Positions 7,977-16,310 of a stretch of DNA of 47,364 nucleotides are shown one piece after another. This DNA comes from Parcubacteria group bacterium. GTDB taxonomy: Bacteria; Patescibacteriota; Minisyncoccia; Moranbacterales; UBA11712. The translations under genes were made by a program, and so were the position numbers. The stretch is from positions 1 to 47,364 of the forward strand of contig JBAZRT010000001.1 of NCBI GenBank assembly GCA_041662765.1, in the 5' to 3' direction. The notes under the pieces were generated by a model that did no database searches, had not been told where the DNA came from, and saw only the letters and a list, made by a program, of their open reading frames with translations. Positions within the stretch are counted from its first letter, which is position 1. The number at the start of each line of letters is the position of its first letter.

Positions 7977-10088
7977 ATGAAAAGGATACGTGCGTCCGCC
8001 AAAAAAATCGGACTGGCTTTGTTTGTACTTTTTTTGATCGCGAATTTGAACAAGGTTCATCCGACAGATTCAGCCTTCACTGACACGGAAACCAGCGCCG
8101 GAAACAATTTCATTGCCGGGACATTTGATTTGGAATTGGATTCCAGTGTTTTGATGAATATTTCTGATTTTCGGGCCGGTGATGCGGTTGTCGGAAGCGT
8201 CAAAGCCAAGAACGCGGGAAGCGCGGATTTGCAATATAAATTGAATTTTCGAAAAATTTCAGGCGATGACACGCTCTGCCATGGGCTCCAGCTCGAAGCC
8301 GACAAAAACGGTTCGCTGGCATATTCCGGGGCGCTCGACGGACTGAATTTCAACGCGGGGAACCTGGCCTCCGGCCATTCGGACGAATGGGATTTCGATG
8401 TTTCGCTTCCGTCCACGGCGCCCCCAGGCCTTGAGGGACTCCAGTGCAAATTTTCTTTCGTTTTTTCGGCCTGGCAGGCGGAACTTCCCGACGGTTCCAG
8501 CGGCTTTTCCGATTCGGATGATTTTTCGGAAAACTTGATTGGTTCCGGAGACTGGACAGTGCCGGTGATTCTTGACAATGACATCGTCAAGGTTGCAGGC
8601 ACCAAAGGAACAACCAACGGAACGCAACCCAAAGCGATTGTTACCTGGCATACGAATGAAATGGCGACTTCAAACGTTGTTTATGACGCCAGTAGTTCAC
8701 ATCCGAGCTGCTCTGCATATGCCTTTCAATCTCCAATGCCTGCCGATACAAGCGCCGACAACATCGCTCATTCAGTTGAATTGCCAAATCTCACTGCCGG
8801 GACGACATATTATTATAAAATCCAGACTTCCGACGCGAGTGGCAATGAAAAGTGCTCGACCAGTCATTATTTCACTGTTCCGGTCTCAGTTTCGGATTCG
8901 CCGACCGGAAATATAGTTCTGAACGAAATTGTTCCCAATCCTTCAGGAAACGAAGCTGGTCCGATGCCCGGCGGGGAGTGGGTGGAAATATATAACAAAG
9001 GGACGACTTCGGCCGACGATATGGAGCTTGCCGGTTGGACGATCTATGACCATACGTTGGCGGGCGGTGTTGCCATAACATCAATAAATACGAATACCGG
9101 AGCGACGACATTGACTCACGGGGCGTGGCTCGCGGTTTATATGAATAAATCTTATCTTAGCAATGACTCCGACACGGTATATCTCTATAACGGCGCTAAA
9201 GGAGATGCGGGCGTGACGTTGGTTGACAGTCACGTCTGGACCGCATCAATACCTGATGACAAATCCATTGCCAGATTTCCCGACGGAACGGGGCCGTGGA
9301 TCGATCCTGAAAACACGCCGGGCGAAGAAAATAAATTGGGAGAAAAAGAGCTTGCTCAGTTCAGGACGATGACTCTCGAAAAATGTTTTGATGCGGAAGG
9401 GAAAGTGAAAAAAAGCAAAGAAGATGTTTGCCAACCGGAATTTTTGGTTTATCTTGGAATGCTCGGGAACAAAAAAGACAAAATGATGGACAAGGATATG
9501 AGGGATAAGCTTTTGGAGCCGAACTCTCCGCCGAACCAGGAAGGGGACACGACCCAAATTTCAAATGGAGAAAAATCGGATTCTGATATTCCGCCGACTG
9601 ACGGCGATGTGAACCCGCCAGCGATAGATGAGCCAAAAATAATTTCCAAAGAATTCGATATAAACCTCAAAGGAAAATTGAACGCGCCGGACGGATTCGA
9701 AGCGAGCGCGGATCAGAAATTGCAAAAAATCAAGCTTTCGTGTGAGGAAAGTGTGATAAATGACTTGAAAGATTTCGAAATTGATCTTGCGAAGGTCAAA
9801 ATTGATAAAGTCGGTAAAATTGAAATTTTGGTTTCCGATTTGAATTTGCCGAAAGACGTGGATTTGGTCACAGCCAAAAAGGATGACACAGTTGTTTTGA
9901 TAACGACCAGCGAAAAGCCGAAAGAGGAACCGAAAAAAGAAGAAATCAAAAAGGCCGACGCGGATCTTCCCAAAGCGGACAGCTTGAAAGATGATCCGAA
10001 AAAAGACGATTCTGGCGGCAATGGCGACAGCAGTACGGGTAGGGGAAGCGATCCGGCATCGAAAAGTGTTGATTCGGCAGAAGCATAA
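7977..10088 (+). CDS. Large secreted protein (703 aa) with a SipW-type signal/TasA-like N-domain, an FN3/PAP-N-like domain, a lamin-tail domain and a K/E/D/P-rich tail
   Basis: The pre-sequence is MKRIRASAKKIGLALFVLFLIANL..SAFTDTETSAGNNFIAGTFDLEL. The next domain reads IVTWHTNEMATSNVVYD...TTYYYKIQTSDASGN. The LTD-like stretch reads LNEIVPNPSGNE..GEWVEIYNKG...LAGWTIYD. The C-terminus is low complexity. Confidence 0.7.
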   Translation: MKRIRASAKKIGLALFVLFLIANLNKVHPTDSAFTDTETSAGNNFIAGTFDLELDSSVLMNISDFRAGDAVVGSVKAKNAGSADLQYKLNFRKISGDDTLCHGLQLEADKNGSLAYSGALDGLNFNAGNLASGHSDEWDFDVSLPSTAPPGLEGLQCKFSFVFSAWQAELPDGSSGFSDSDDFSENLIGSGDWTVPVILDNDIVKVAGTKGTTNGTQPKAIVTWHTNEMATSNVVYDASSSHPSCSAYAFQSPMPADTSADNIAHSVELPNLTAGTTYYYKIQTSDASGNEKCSTSHYFTVPVSVSDSPTGNIVLNEIVPNPSGNEAGPMPGGEWVEIYNKGTTSADDMELAGWTIYDHTLAGGVAITSINTNTGATTLTHGAWLAVYMNKSYLSNDSDTVYLYNGAKGDAGVTLVDSHVWTASIPDDKSIARFPDGTGPWIDPENTPGEENKLGEKELAQFRTMTLEKCFDAEGKVKKSKEDVCQPEFLVYLGMLGNKKDKMMDKDMRDKLLEPNSPPNQEGDTTQISNGEKSDSDIPPTDGDVNPPAIDEPKIISKEFDINLKGKLNAPDGFEASADQKLQKIKLSCEESVINDLKDFEIDLAKVKIDKVGKIEILVSDLNLPKDVDLVTAKKDDTVVLITTSEKPKEEPKKEEIKKADADLPKADSLKDDPKKDDSGGNGDSSTGRGSDPASKSVDSAEA

Positions 10089-10129
10089 TCATTGTTAGGC
10101 CTTGGAAGCCAAAAAATATAAAATTCTGT

Positions 10130-11176
10130 ATGAAAAAAATATCAATTATCATTTGTATTTTGTCGCTGGGACTGTTTTTTGCTGCCAATACGGCAAACGC
10201 GGCGCCAGATACGCCAAGACTTGAAGTCGTGTCAAACAAGCCGTTGTTCAATGTGTCAGATGCTGCGCCGGGAAAAGCATACCCTTCTCCCGTCACAATC
10301 AGAAATCACGGAGATAATGAAGAAAATTTTCAATTTGAGGTGACGATAAACGCGGATCCGTCGATTTTGGCCGATCACTTGTTTTTCAAAATCAATAAAG
10401 TGGAAACATTGGATCCGGTCGCTGGGGAAAGTTGCGCGTATGATTGCGATGGTAACGTGACAATGTCCAGTCTCAACGGAAGGGAGATATTTGTCAATCA
10501 TATTCCTCCGCACAGCACGAATTATTTCCTATTTTATCTGGTATTTGATCCGGAATCAGGAACCGGCCTTATGGGGGAAACGATGAACTTTGATATGATA
10601 TTGGGATACGAGGATCAAGATGGAAGTCAAGAAGATGGAGCAAATGATAGCAATAACAACAATATCACGATATCAACCAACGCGAATCCGGGTTTTTTTC
10701 AGAGTGTTCAATCATTTATTGGAAATGTCAGCGGTGCTGAAATTTCCGGAGAACAGGTTGTAGGCGGAGAAAATCAAGACAATCCAATTGCGAGAGATGG
10801 TATTGTGAAGGGAGAAGAAGCCTCAAATTGCCAAGGCTGGCCGAAATGGGTCTGGGTTTTGATGCTGATCGCGTATTTCGCCGCGTTTTTGTGGCGGACT
10901 TTTGACAAAATCAAGCAGCAAATTGAAAAGCGGGACATTCGCCGGAAATGGCAGGCGGCGCTGGCGATCGTGGCATTTCTCATTTGGTATTTTTTCGACA
11001 AGTGCCGGGAGTTTTGGTGGTTTGTGATTTTGGCGATGATCGGCGGAGCAGTGATATATCTTCTTTATCTTTATTTGTTCAGGAAAAATATTCGAGAGGA
11101 GCGCGCGAAAGTCGAAAGCGGATCCGGCCAAAATGCTCCAAAAGATCCGACCAATCAAATTCCGCCGGCAGTCTAA
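10130..11176 (+). CDS. Secreted protein with a TasA-like beta-sandwich motif and three C-terminal TM helices (348 aa)
   Basis: It has the Sec-type signal peptide ..FFAANTANA/AP. The stretch FNVSDAAPGKAYPSPVTIRNHGDNEENFQFEV resembles the PGD..N.G motif of the neighbouring TasA-like proteins. The C-terminal hydrophobic segments are WVWVLMLIAYFAAFLW, LAIVAFLIWYFF and WWFVILAMIGGAVIYLLYLYLF. Confidence 0.6.
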   Translation: MKKISIIICILSLGLFFAANTANAAPDTPRLEVVSNKPLFNVSDAAPGKAYPSPVTIRNHGDNEENFQFEVTINADPSILADHLFFKINKVETLDPVAGESCAYDCDGNVTMSSLNGREIFVNHIPPHSTNYFLFYLVFDPESGTGLMGETMNFDMILGYEDQDGSQEDGANDSNNNNITISTNANPGFFQSVQSFIGNVSGAEISGEQVVGGENQDNPIARDGIVKGEEASNCQGWPKWVWVLMLIAYFAAFLWRTFDKIKQQIEKRDIRRKWQAALAIVAFLIWYFFDKCREFWWFVILAMIGGAVIYLLYLYLFRKNIREERAKVESGSGQNAPKDPTNQIPPAV

Positions 11177-11199
11177 GCAAGAAGAGAAAAAATTCAAAA

Positions 11200-11236
11200 A
11201 ACAACCCCATTCAGCTTTCAGCGGGTTGTTTTTTGT
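11200..11236 (+). terminator. Rho-independent terminator
   Basis: AACAACCC (11200-11207) pairs with GGGTTGTT (11223-11230) and is followed by a T-run. Confidence 0.6.
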
Positions 11237-11304
11237 TTGCTGTTTATTAGTCTAAGTGCTAAAGTTATCTTCAAAGAGGTCTAATTATCAATAAAATAAA
11301 AAAA

Positions 11305-11997
11305 ATGAAAAAAACGCTATTCGCATCACTGTTGCTTATTTTTGGATTGAGCTTTCAAGTTCAAGCGGCAAGCACAAATCCCAATCAAGGGGCAAAGCAG
11401 GGACAGGCTGGTTCTCAAGCCCAAGGCAGTCAAACTGGAAATACTGTTCAGACGGAAGAAAAAAACAAGGTGATGAACCGAGGAGAAAGCAATCAGATCC
11501 AGACCCAGGAGCAAAACGCAGTTCAAGCTCAGGACAGCGCCGCCAAAGACAACGCAAGCAATGGCAAATCCAGCTCCAATCCATCGATACAAAAAAGAAG
11601 CCAAGTGGCGAACGCCGTCCAAGCTATGCTTCAAATAGCCGACAGAAATAGTGGGATCGGACAGCAAGTCAGGGTTATTGCCCAGAATCAAAACCAAAAT
11701 AAAATAAGGTTGGAACAAAACGTCGAGAAAATTCAAAGAAAAAGCGGATTTGCAAAGTTTTTCATGGGACCAAATTTCGGAGAAATAAATGACGCTCAAA
11801 AAACATTGGAGCAAAACAAAGAGCAGATTCGCCAGCTGAACCAAATCAAAACCCAGCTTTCCAACGAGGGTGATCAGCAGCAGCTCGCTGAGCAGATCAG
11901 AGTTCTGGAACAATCCAATCAAGAGATTGAAACTTTGCTTGCCGGCGCACAAGGCGGATTCAGTCTGTTTGGCTGGCTGAATAAGCTGATTTCATAG
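11305..11997 (+). CDS. Secreted Q/N-rich coiled-coil protein (230 aa)
   Basis: The signal peptide is MKKTLFASLLLIFGLSFQVQA. A Q/G/S/N-rich low-complexity region follows, then a heptad-like Q/E/L region. Confidence 0.6.
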   Translation: MKKTLFASLLLIFGLSFQVQAASTNPNQGAKQGQAGSQAQGSQTGNTVQTEEKNKVMNRGESNQIQTQEQNAVQAQDSAAKDNASNGKSSSNPSIQKRSQVANAVQAMLQIADRNSGIGQQVRVIAQNQNQNKIRLEQNVEKIQRKSGFAKFFMGPNFGEINDAQKTLEQNKEQIRQLNQIKTQLSNEGDQQQLAEQIRVLEQSNQEIETLLAGAQGGFSLFGWLNKLIS

Positions 11998-12503
11998 GAC
12001 AAAAATTTATTTTCATTTCCAATGGTTGACTGGAAATTATAATTGGATCAGGAAAGAATATATCTAAAAGGCGGAAAAAGAGATGCTATTTTTCTGGGAT
12101 GTATTCTGGGCGAAAAATTTGCCCAATTTGCAACTCTATGCCGGAGTTGTGCTGATCAGTTCTTTCTCAAAGATCATCGGAATCTCCCTTATTTTGATCA
12201 AAATTTTTGGCGCGTCAACCTAGGAGGATTGGCCAGCAAACATTTTATATCATCTCCGAAGGAGGTTCGCTATGGCAGGCAAGCAGTATGACGGCTTTAT
12301 TATTTTTTATTCATCGGCGGGTTGGCAACCATAGTTTGGCTTCCGGCAAAACAGGGCTGCAAAAAAGTGGCTGATTTTTTCCGGCAGCTTGCGGATGTGG
12401 CAATCAATCGGGCCATCTGGTCTTTGGTCGGCCGGAAGCTGATGTGAACGCGCTTTTTTTTCTGAAGTTGAAAGTCCCGAGTTCCAAGAAATTTGGGCGA
12501 GGC

Positions 12504-12538
12504 GAGGGGTGCAGAAGTCGTGCGCTCCTCTTTTTTTT
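12504..12538 (+). terminator. Rho-independent terminator closing a short non-annotated transcription unit
   Basis: GAGGGGTGC (12504-12512) pairs with GCGCTCCTC (12522-12530) over 9 bp, two of them G-U. TTTTTTTT follows. Confidence 0.6.
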
Positions 12539-12547
12539 GAAACAGCC

Positions 12548-12576
12548 TTGATCATTTTCGAAAAAGAAAGTAAGAT
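12548..12576 (+). promoter_or_regulatory. Sigma70-like promoter (TTGATC-N17-TAAGAT)
   Basis: The -35 lies at 12548-12553 and the -10 at 12571-12576, about 45 nt upstream of the 74-aa ORF. Confidence 0.45.
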
Positions 12577-12622
12577 GATATGAAACAAAAAATGCTGAAA
12601 AAGTAGGGAGGAAAAAACGGGG

Positions 12623-12847
12623 ATGTATATTTTGCCAGAGAGATATTCTTTCTGCAGGCAGTTCTTCAACCGCGGGCGCTGGCACATCAAGGACATACAG
12701 ACCAATGGAAGCGGTCTCTCGGTGCTTCCACTGTGCAGCGTCTCGGGAAAATTCCAATTCAATAAGTCCGAAATCGCTTTGGCGAGGCAGATTTGCCCGG
12801 TGTGTCTCAAAATTGCGAAAGAATCGGGAATCATTCCTCAAAGCTGA
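12623..12847 (+). CDS. Small Cys-containing hypothetical protein (74 aa)
   Basis: The ORF has the SD GGGAGG 9-10 nt upstream of the ATG, its own promoter and a strong terminator. It contains C11, C38 and CPVC (58-61). Confidence 0.5.
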   Translation: MYILPERYSFCRQFFNRGRWHIKDIQTNGSGLSVLPLCSVSGKFQFNKSEIALARQICPVCLKIAKESGIIPQS

Positions 12848-12867
12848 AAACAAAATTCGGGGGAGGC

Positions 12868-12904
12868 AAAGGGCGCGATCAACATCGGTTGCGCCCTTTT
12901 TTAT
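12868..12904 (+). terminator. Rho-independent terminator
   Basis: AAAGGGCGC...GCGCCCTTTTTTATTT: the stem GGGCGC/GCGCCC is extended by G-U/A-U pairs and followed by a T-run. Confidence 0.7.
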
Positions 12905-12931
12905 TTCTCCAGAAAACAGGAATTTGCCAAA

Positions 12932-12966
12932 TAAAAAAGCCGGGGTTTCCTCGCGAAAACCCCGGC
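12932..12966 (-). terminator. Rho-independent terminator (minus strand), convergent with the previous one
   Basis: GCCGGGGTTT (12939-12948) pairs with AAACCCCGGC (12957-12966). The - strand reads the hairpin followed by TTTTTTAT. Confidence 0.7.
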
Positions 12967-13011
12967 GTACCATCTCTTTCCCTGGAGGGGGATCCAGAGG
13001 AGAGAAAATCA

Positions 13012-13173
13012 TCATTTCGGCTGGGCAGCTTTTTCAGCTGCTTGAAGGAGCAGTTGATACTCGAAATTATCCATGTTCCGCTCACTCATTTGAGCCATGG
13101 TCACGAGGGAGTATATGACCAAACCCAGAAGACCGCCCAGGATGATCCCCGGAAAGATTAATGCCGTTGGCAT
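13012..13173 (-). CDS. Small membrane protein (53 aa), below the ORF-track cutoff
   Basis: The ORF reads MPTALIFPGIILGGLLGLVIYSLVTMAQMSERNMDNFEYQLLLQAAEKAAQPK. An AGGAGA SD lies 7 nt upstream of the ATG (cat at 13171-13173). The stop tca is at 13012-13014 and a terminator lies downstream. Confidence 0.45.
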   Translation of the reverse strand: MPTALIFPGIILGGLLGLVIYSLVTMAQMSERNMDNFEYQLLLQAAEKAAQPK

Positions 13174-13557
13174 GCTCGCTCTCCTAAAAATAAAATAACT
13201 GCATTTCTATTGGCGCTATTATATCACAGAGATAAGTCATTGTCAAATTGACGGCCGGAAATTCTTCGCATTTTTTCACAATTCGGAATTTAGCCAATAT
13301 GAACCAGGAAGGGTATGATGAGGCTAGTCGTCTAAATAATAAAAAACATCAACAGTTCTGCTTCCAGCGGGGCTGTTTTTTTGATTTGCGAATATTGGAG
13401 CGGATTTCAGATTTGTCAAAATTGCATAATGGCTTATATAAGGCAAAATAATTGTTTTTTCGCTTTTTTTACTTGACTTATTTAAAAAGGAGTGTTACAA
13501 AAATACGAAGTCCTTTGACAACTTCATGTTATAAATTCCCATAAGGATGGTGCAAAT

Positions 13558-14649
13558 ATGCGTCTATCACGGCTTTTGGATTGGAGGTGGTGGTTCGGCC
13601 TCAGGCCGAAATTTGCCATCGAACCGCCGGTCGCGAAGTATTCAATTACTATTGTCGTGCCGGCCTACAACGAAGAAGATTCAATAGGCGCCACCATCAG
13701 CAACCTGAAATTGCAGACGGTTCCGATTGAGGAAATCATCGTGGTTGATGATTGCTCCTCGGATGGAACCGGCGAAATTTCCAGGGAAATGGGCGTCACC
13801 GTTATCCGGACTCACAAAAATCAGGGATCAAAGGCGATGGCCCAGAATTATGTCATTCCGCAAATCGTGTCCGATCTTATCGTGACAATTGATGCGGATA
13901 CGATTCTGGCGCCGGATGCCATTGAGAAAACATTGCCCTGGTTCAACAGCCCGAAGACGGCTTCCGTATGCGGGTTTGTTATTCCGCAAAAAGTGGAAAC
14001 CCTTTGGGAAAGAGGGAGGTTTATCGAATACGTATTTGGCATATCGCTCCATAAGAGAGCCCAGCAGAATATAGGGCTGGTTATGGTTTCCTCCGGCTGT
14101 TTTTCCGTCTTTCGCACGGAACTGCTCAAGATGATGGGCGGTTTCGACGCGAGGACAATGGCCGAGGATATGGATCTCACTTGGAATTTCCTGCTCGAGG
14201 GATATGAGATCTATTGCGAGCAGACGGCCTATTGCTATCCGTTCGATCCACCGACGCTCAAAATATTCGTCAACCAGATCGACCGATGGTACCGGAGCTT
14301 TTTCCAGAACGTTTCCGTTCACAGCTTCAGAAAAAACAAGGGGCTGGGAATCATGATCTATGGATACCTCCTGGAACCGGCACTGGCACCGATTCTTGCC
14401 GTTGCGTTTCTCACGACGATGAAGTGGAATTTCTGGTGGCTAATCATGCTGGCCGCCGCTATCGATCTGACGATCGTGGCGATCCCGTGCCTCATCAAAG
14501 GCGCGGTTACCGGCATGACTGGAAAAGTTTTGACCTCCTTGCCGGCTTATTGGGTCATAAGATTTGTTAATATCTATGTCTTTTGGCGGTCCTTCTGGAG
14601 AGAGTGGATCATCAAAGACAAACTCAACAGCTGGAACAAGGGTCACTGA
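13558..14649 (+). CDS. Processive family-2 glycosyltransferase (PgaC/IcaA/NodC/cellulose-synthase-like synthase)
   Basis: Motifs seen are VVPAYNEE, VVDDCSSDGT, TIDADT (DxD), TMAEDMDL (ED) and VNQIDRWYRSF (QxxRW). C-terminal TM helices are present. The gene is GC-rich relative to its flanks. Confidence 0.85.
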   Translation: MRLSRLLDWRWWFGLRPKFAIEPPVAKYSITIVVPAYNEEDSIGATISNLKLQTVPIEEIIVVDDCSSDGTGEISREMGVTVIRTHKNQGSKAMAQNYVIPQIVSDLIVTIDADTILAPDAIEKTLPWFNSPKTASVCGFVIPQKVETLWERGRFIEYVFGISLHKRAQQNIGLVMVSSGCFSVFRTELLKMMGGFDARTMAEDMDLTWNFLLEGYEIYCEQTAYCYPFDPPTLKIFVNQIDRWYRSFFQNVSVHSFRKNKGLGIMIYGYLLEPALAPILAVAFLTTMKWNFWWLIMLAAAIDLTIVAIPCLIKGAVTGMTGKVLTSLPAYWVIRFVNIYVFWRSFWREWIIKDKLNSWNKGH

Positions 14650-14683
14650 AGTCTCAACCGCGAAATCAAAGAAGGAAAAAGTT

Positions 14684-15793
14684 ATGAGAAAGTGGATGTT
14701 GGTTTTGGCTTTGGCGGCCGCGTTGATGATTCCATCCGCGGCCATGAGCGCTCCGGCTCCGAAGGAAATTATCTTGGGAAAATCGAAGATCATTGTGCCG
14801 CCAGGCGCTTTGGTCGGCGCTCAGGTTGACCGGGTCACCCGCGATACCACTCTGCCTGATGGCAGTGATCTCAAGAACGCCTATCCCTTCCGGGTTGTCA
14901 CCGACAAGTCCGGGCTGGTTACCTACATGGAAGGCCGCCTGGCCGGCCAGCTGATTGATTACGCCAAAGTCCAGGTCGTAGGCCTGGGACCGGCGTATGC
15001 CAAATTAGTGGGCGAAACGGGCGACTTCTACACTGAAGACGGCGCCGGGAATTTCAAGTTCAGAGTGGATCCGTCCAAACTGAACTATTCCTCGGTGCTG
15101 TATGCCGACAAGCGGTCTTTTGCCGTGATGATCGACACCCACGGTTTCAACGCTGTGGCCGCACCGGCAATTCACCTGGCTCAATTGTCCAAGAAGAAAC
15201 TCAGCCTGGTGATTGCCTGCATGGACCTGCCTTCGAAAGCTGAAGCGGCCCTGTTTCTGGCCCAAAACGGCATCAACTGCTACGGGCCCTGCGACCTTTT
15301 CGGATCCCAGATCGTCGGCTACAAGAAAGACAATCCCAATGCCGCGACAGTCCTGGGGACCGCCCCTATCCGCAAGCTCAAAAAGGGCGGAGCGGTGATT
15401 GGGAATCAGTCGGTGCGTATCGCGCTGGCTGAAGAGATCGTGGTCCAAAAGACCGACAATGCCAAATATCCGGACCAGTACTGCGACGCGCCCTACAACT
15501 ATTTTCGTGCCGTGCAGGAAAAGCTGGGACTGGCCTTGAAGCTCACTCCCGTTGTGGCCACCATCGGCCAGACGGATAAGTTGGTCGCCAAAGCCAAAGA
15601 AGTCGGCGCCCAGGTGATTGGAGTGAGAGTCCTGAACGAAAAGGACGCGGCTCCGATCGCGGCGTGGCTCAAAGAAAACCCCAAAAATCGGGCCATTCTT
15701 TTTCACTCGGCTGCTTATGAGCCGGGCTATGACCTGTTTTTCCAATTCCCGAAGCAGACCAGCTTTGGGGACCTCAATCCACAAGTTCTGTAG
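14684..15793 (+). CDS. Secreted/periplasmic hypothetical protein (369 aa)
   Basis: The ATG at 14684 is preceded by GAAGGAAAAAG. The signal peptide is MRKWMLVLALAAALMIPSAAMSA. No recognisable motif was seen, and codon usage matches the island. Confidence 0.65.
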   Translation: MRKWMLVLALAAALMIPSAAMSAPAPKEIILGKSKIIVPPGALVGAQVDRVTRDTTLPDGSDLKNAYPFRVVTDKSGLVTYMEGRLAGQLIDYAKVQVVGLGPAYAKLVGETGDFYTEDGAGNFKFRVDPSKLNYSSVLYADKRSFAVMIDTHGFNAVAAPAIHLAQLSKKKLSLVIACMDLPSKAEAALFLAQNGINCYGPCDLFGSQIVGYKKDNPNAATVLGTAPIRKLKKGGAVIGNQSVRIALAEEIVVQKTDNAKYPDQYCDAPYNYFRAVQEKLGLALKLTPVVATIGQTDKLVAKAKEVGAQVIGVRVLNEKDAAPIAAWLKENPKNRAILFHSAAYEPGYDLFFQFPKQTSFGDLNPQVL

Positions 15794-15809
15794 TCAGAGG
15801 GGGTAAACG

Positions 15810-16295
15810 ATGAAGAAGGCAAGAAAGTGGCAATTTGTTGCGTTGGCGTTTGCGGTCATGTTCTTTCTGGCCGGCAGTGTTGCCATCGCAGGGGAAACTT
15901 ATCCCCAATTTCCCTGGTCCACCTGGGGCGAGGTATCCCAAACCATCGCGGGCAAGGATAATCCCGGGTTCAAAGCGGATGGGTATCTCGAGCAAGGTAT
16001 CGATTGGACGAAGTTCGGCAGCAGCTCGAAGTTCAGTCCGGTCCTCAATACCTTCGTGGGTTTCCGCTTCACCGCCAGCAATCACCCTGAGTACTGGTGG
16101 GACAACAAGCTCGGGCCTTGGTTTGGCGCCAAGCTGAAGTGGGATGTAAACCCCTATCCCGGAGCCTGGGGCCAGATCGCCCTCGGCATTCGCGGCGAGT
16201 ACTATACGTATTTCAGTACCGTCCGCGATCGGCCCTACAGCAACGACCTTCGCTGTGTCGCCTTTCTCCAATGGTCTTTTGGCGGCAAGTGGTAG
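15810..16295 (+). CDS. Small outer-membrane beta-barrel-like protein (161 aa)
   Basis: It has a signal peptide (..FFLAGSVAIAG). Amphipathic strands alternate along the sequence (FVGFRFTAS, WFGAKLKWDV, IALGIRGEYYTYF, RCVAFLQWSF). The C-terminus FGGKW is aromatic, as in OMP beta-signals. Confidence 0.55.
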   Translation: MKKARKWQFVALAFAVMFFLAGSVAIAGETYPQFPWSTWGEVSQTIAGKDNPGFKADGYLEQGIDWTKFGSSSKFSPVLNTFVGFRFTASNHPEYWWDNKLGPWFGAKLKWDVNPYPGAWGQIALGIRGEYYTYFSTVRDRPYSNDLRCVAFLQWSFGGKW

Positions 16296-16310
16296 GCGGG
16301 GGAGGCAGGC

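Noticed and set aside
9880-10088. The K/E/D/P-rich 3' end of the 703-aa gene could be a DNA tandem repeat.
   Set aside because: It is biased low-complexity coding sequence (aaa/gaa/gat/ccg). No exact repeating unit could be defined.
12307-13161. Overlapping ORFs of 120-200 aa lie on both strands (12307..12834-, 12404..13015-, 12705..13118+, 12793..13161+).
   Set aside because: They run straight through two convergent intrinsic terminators and a promoter. Their translations look random. The region is better explained by micro-ORFs with proper signals.
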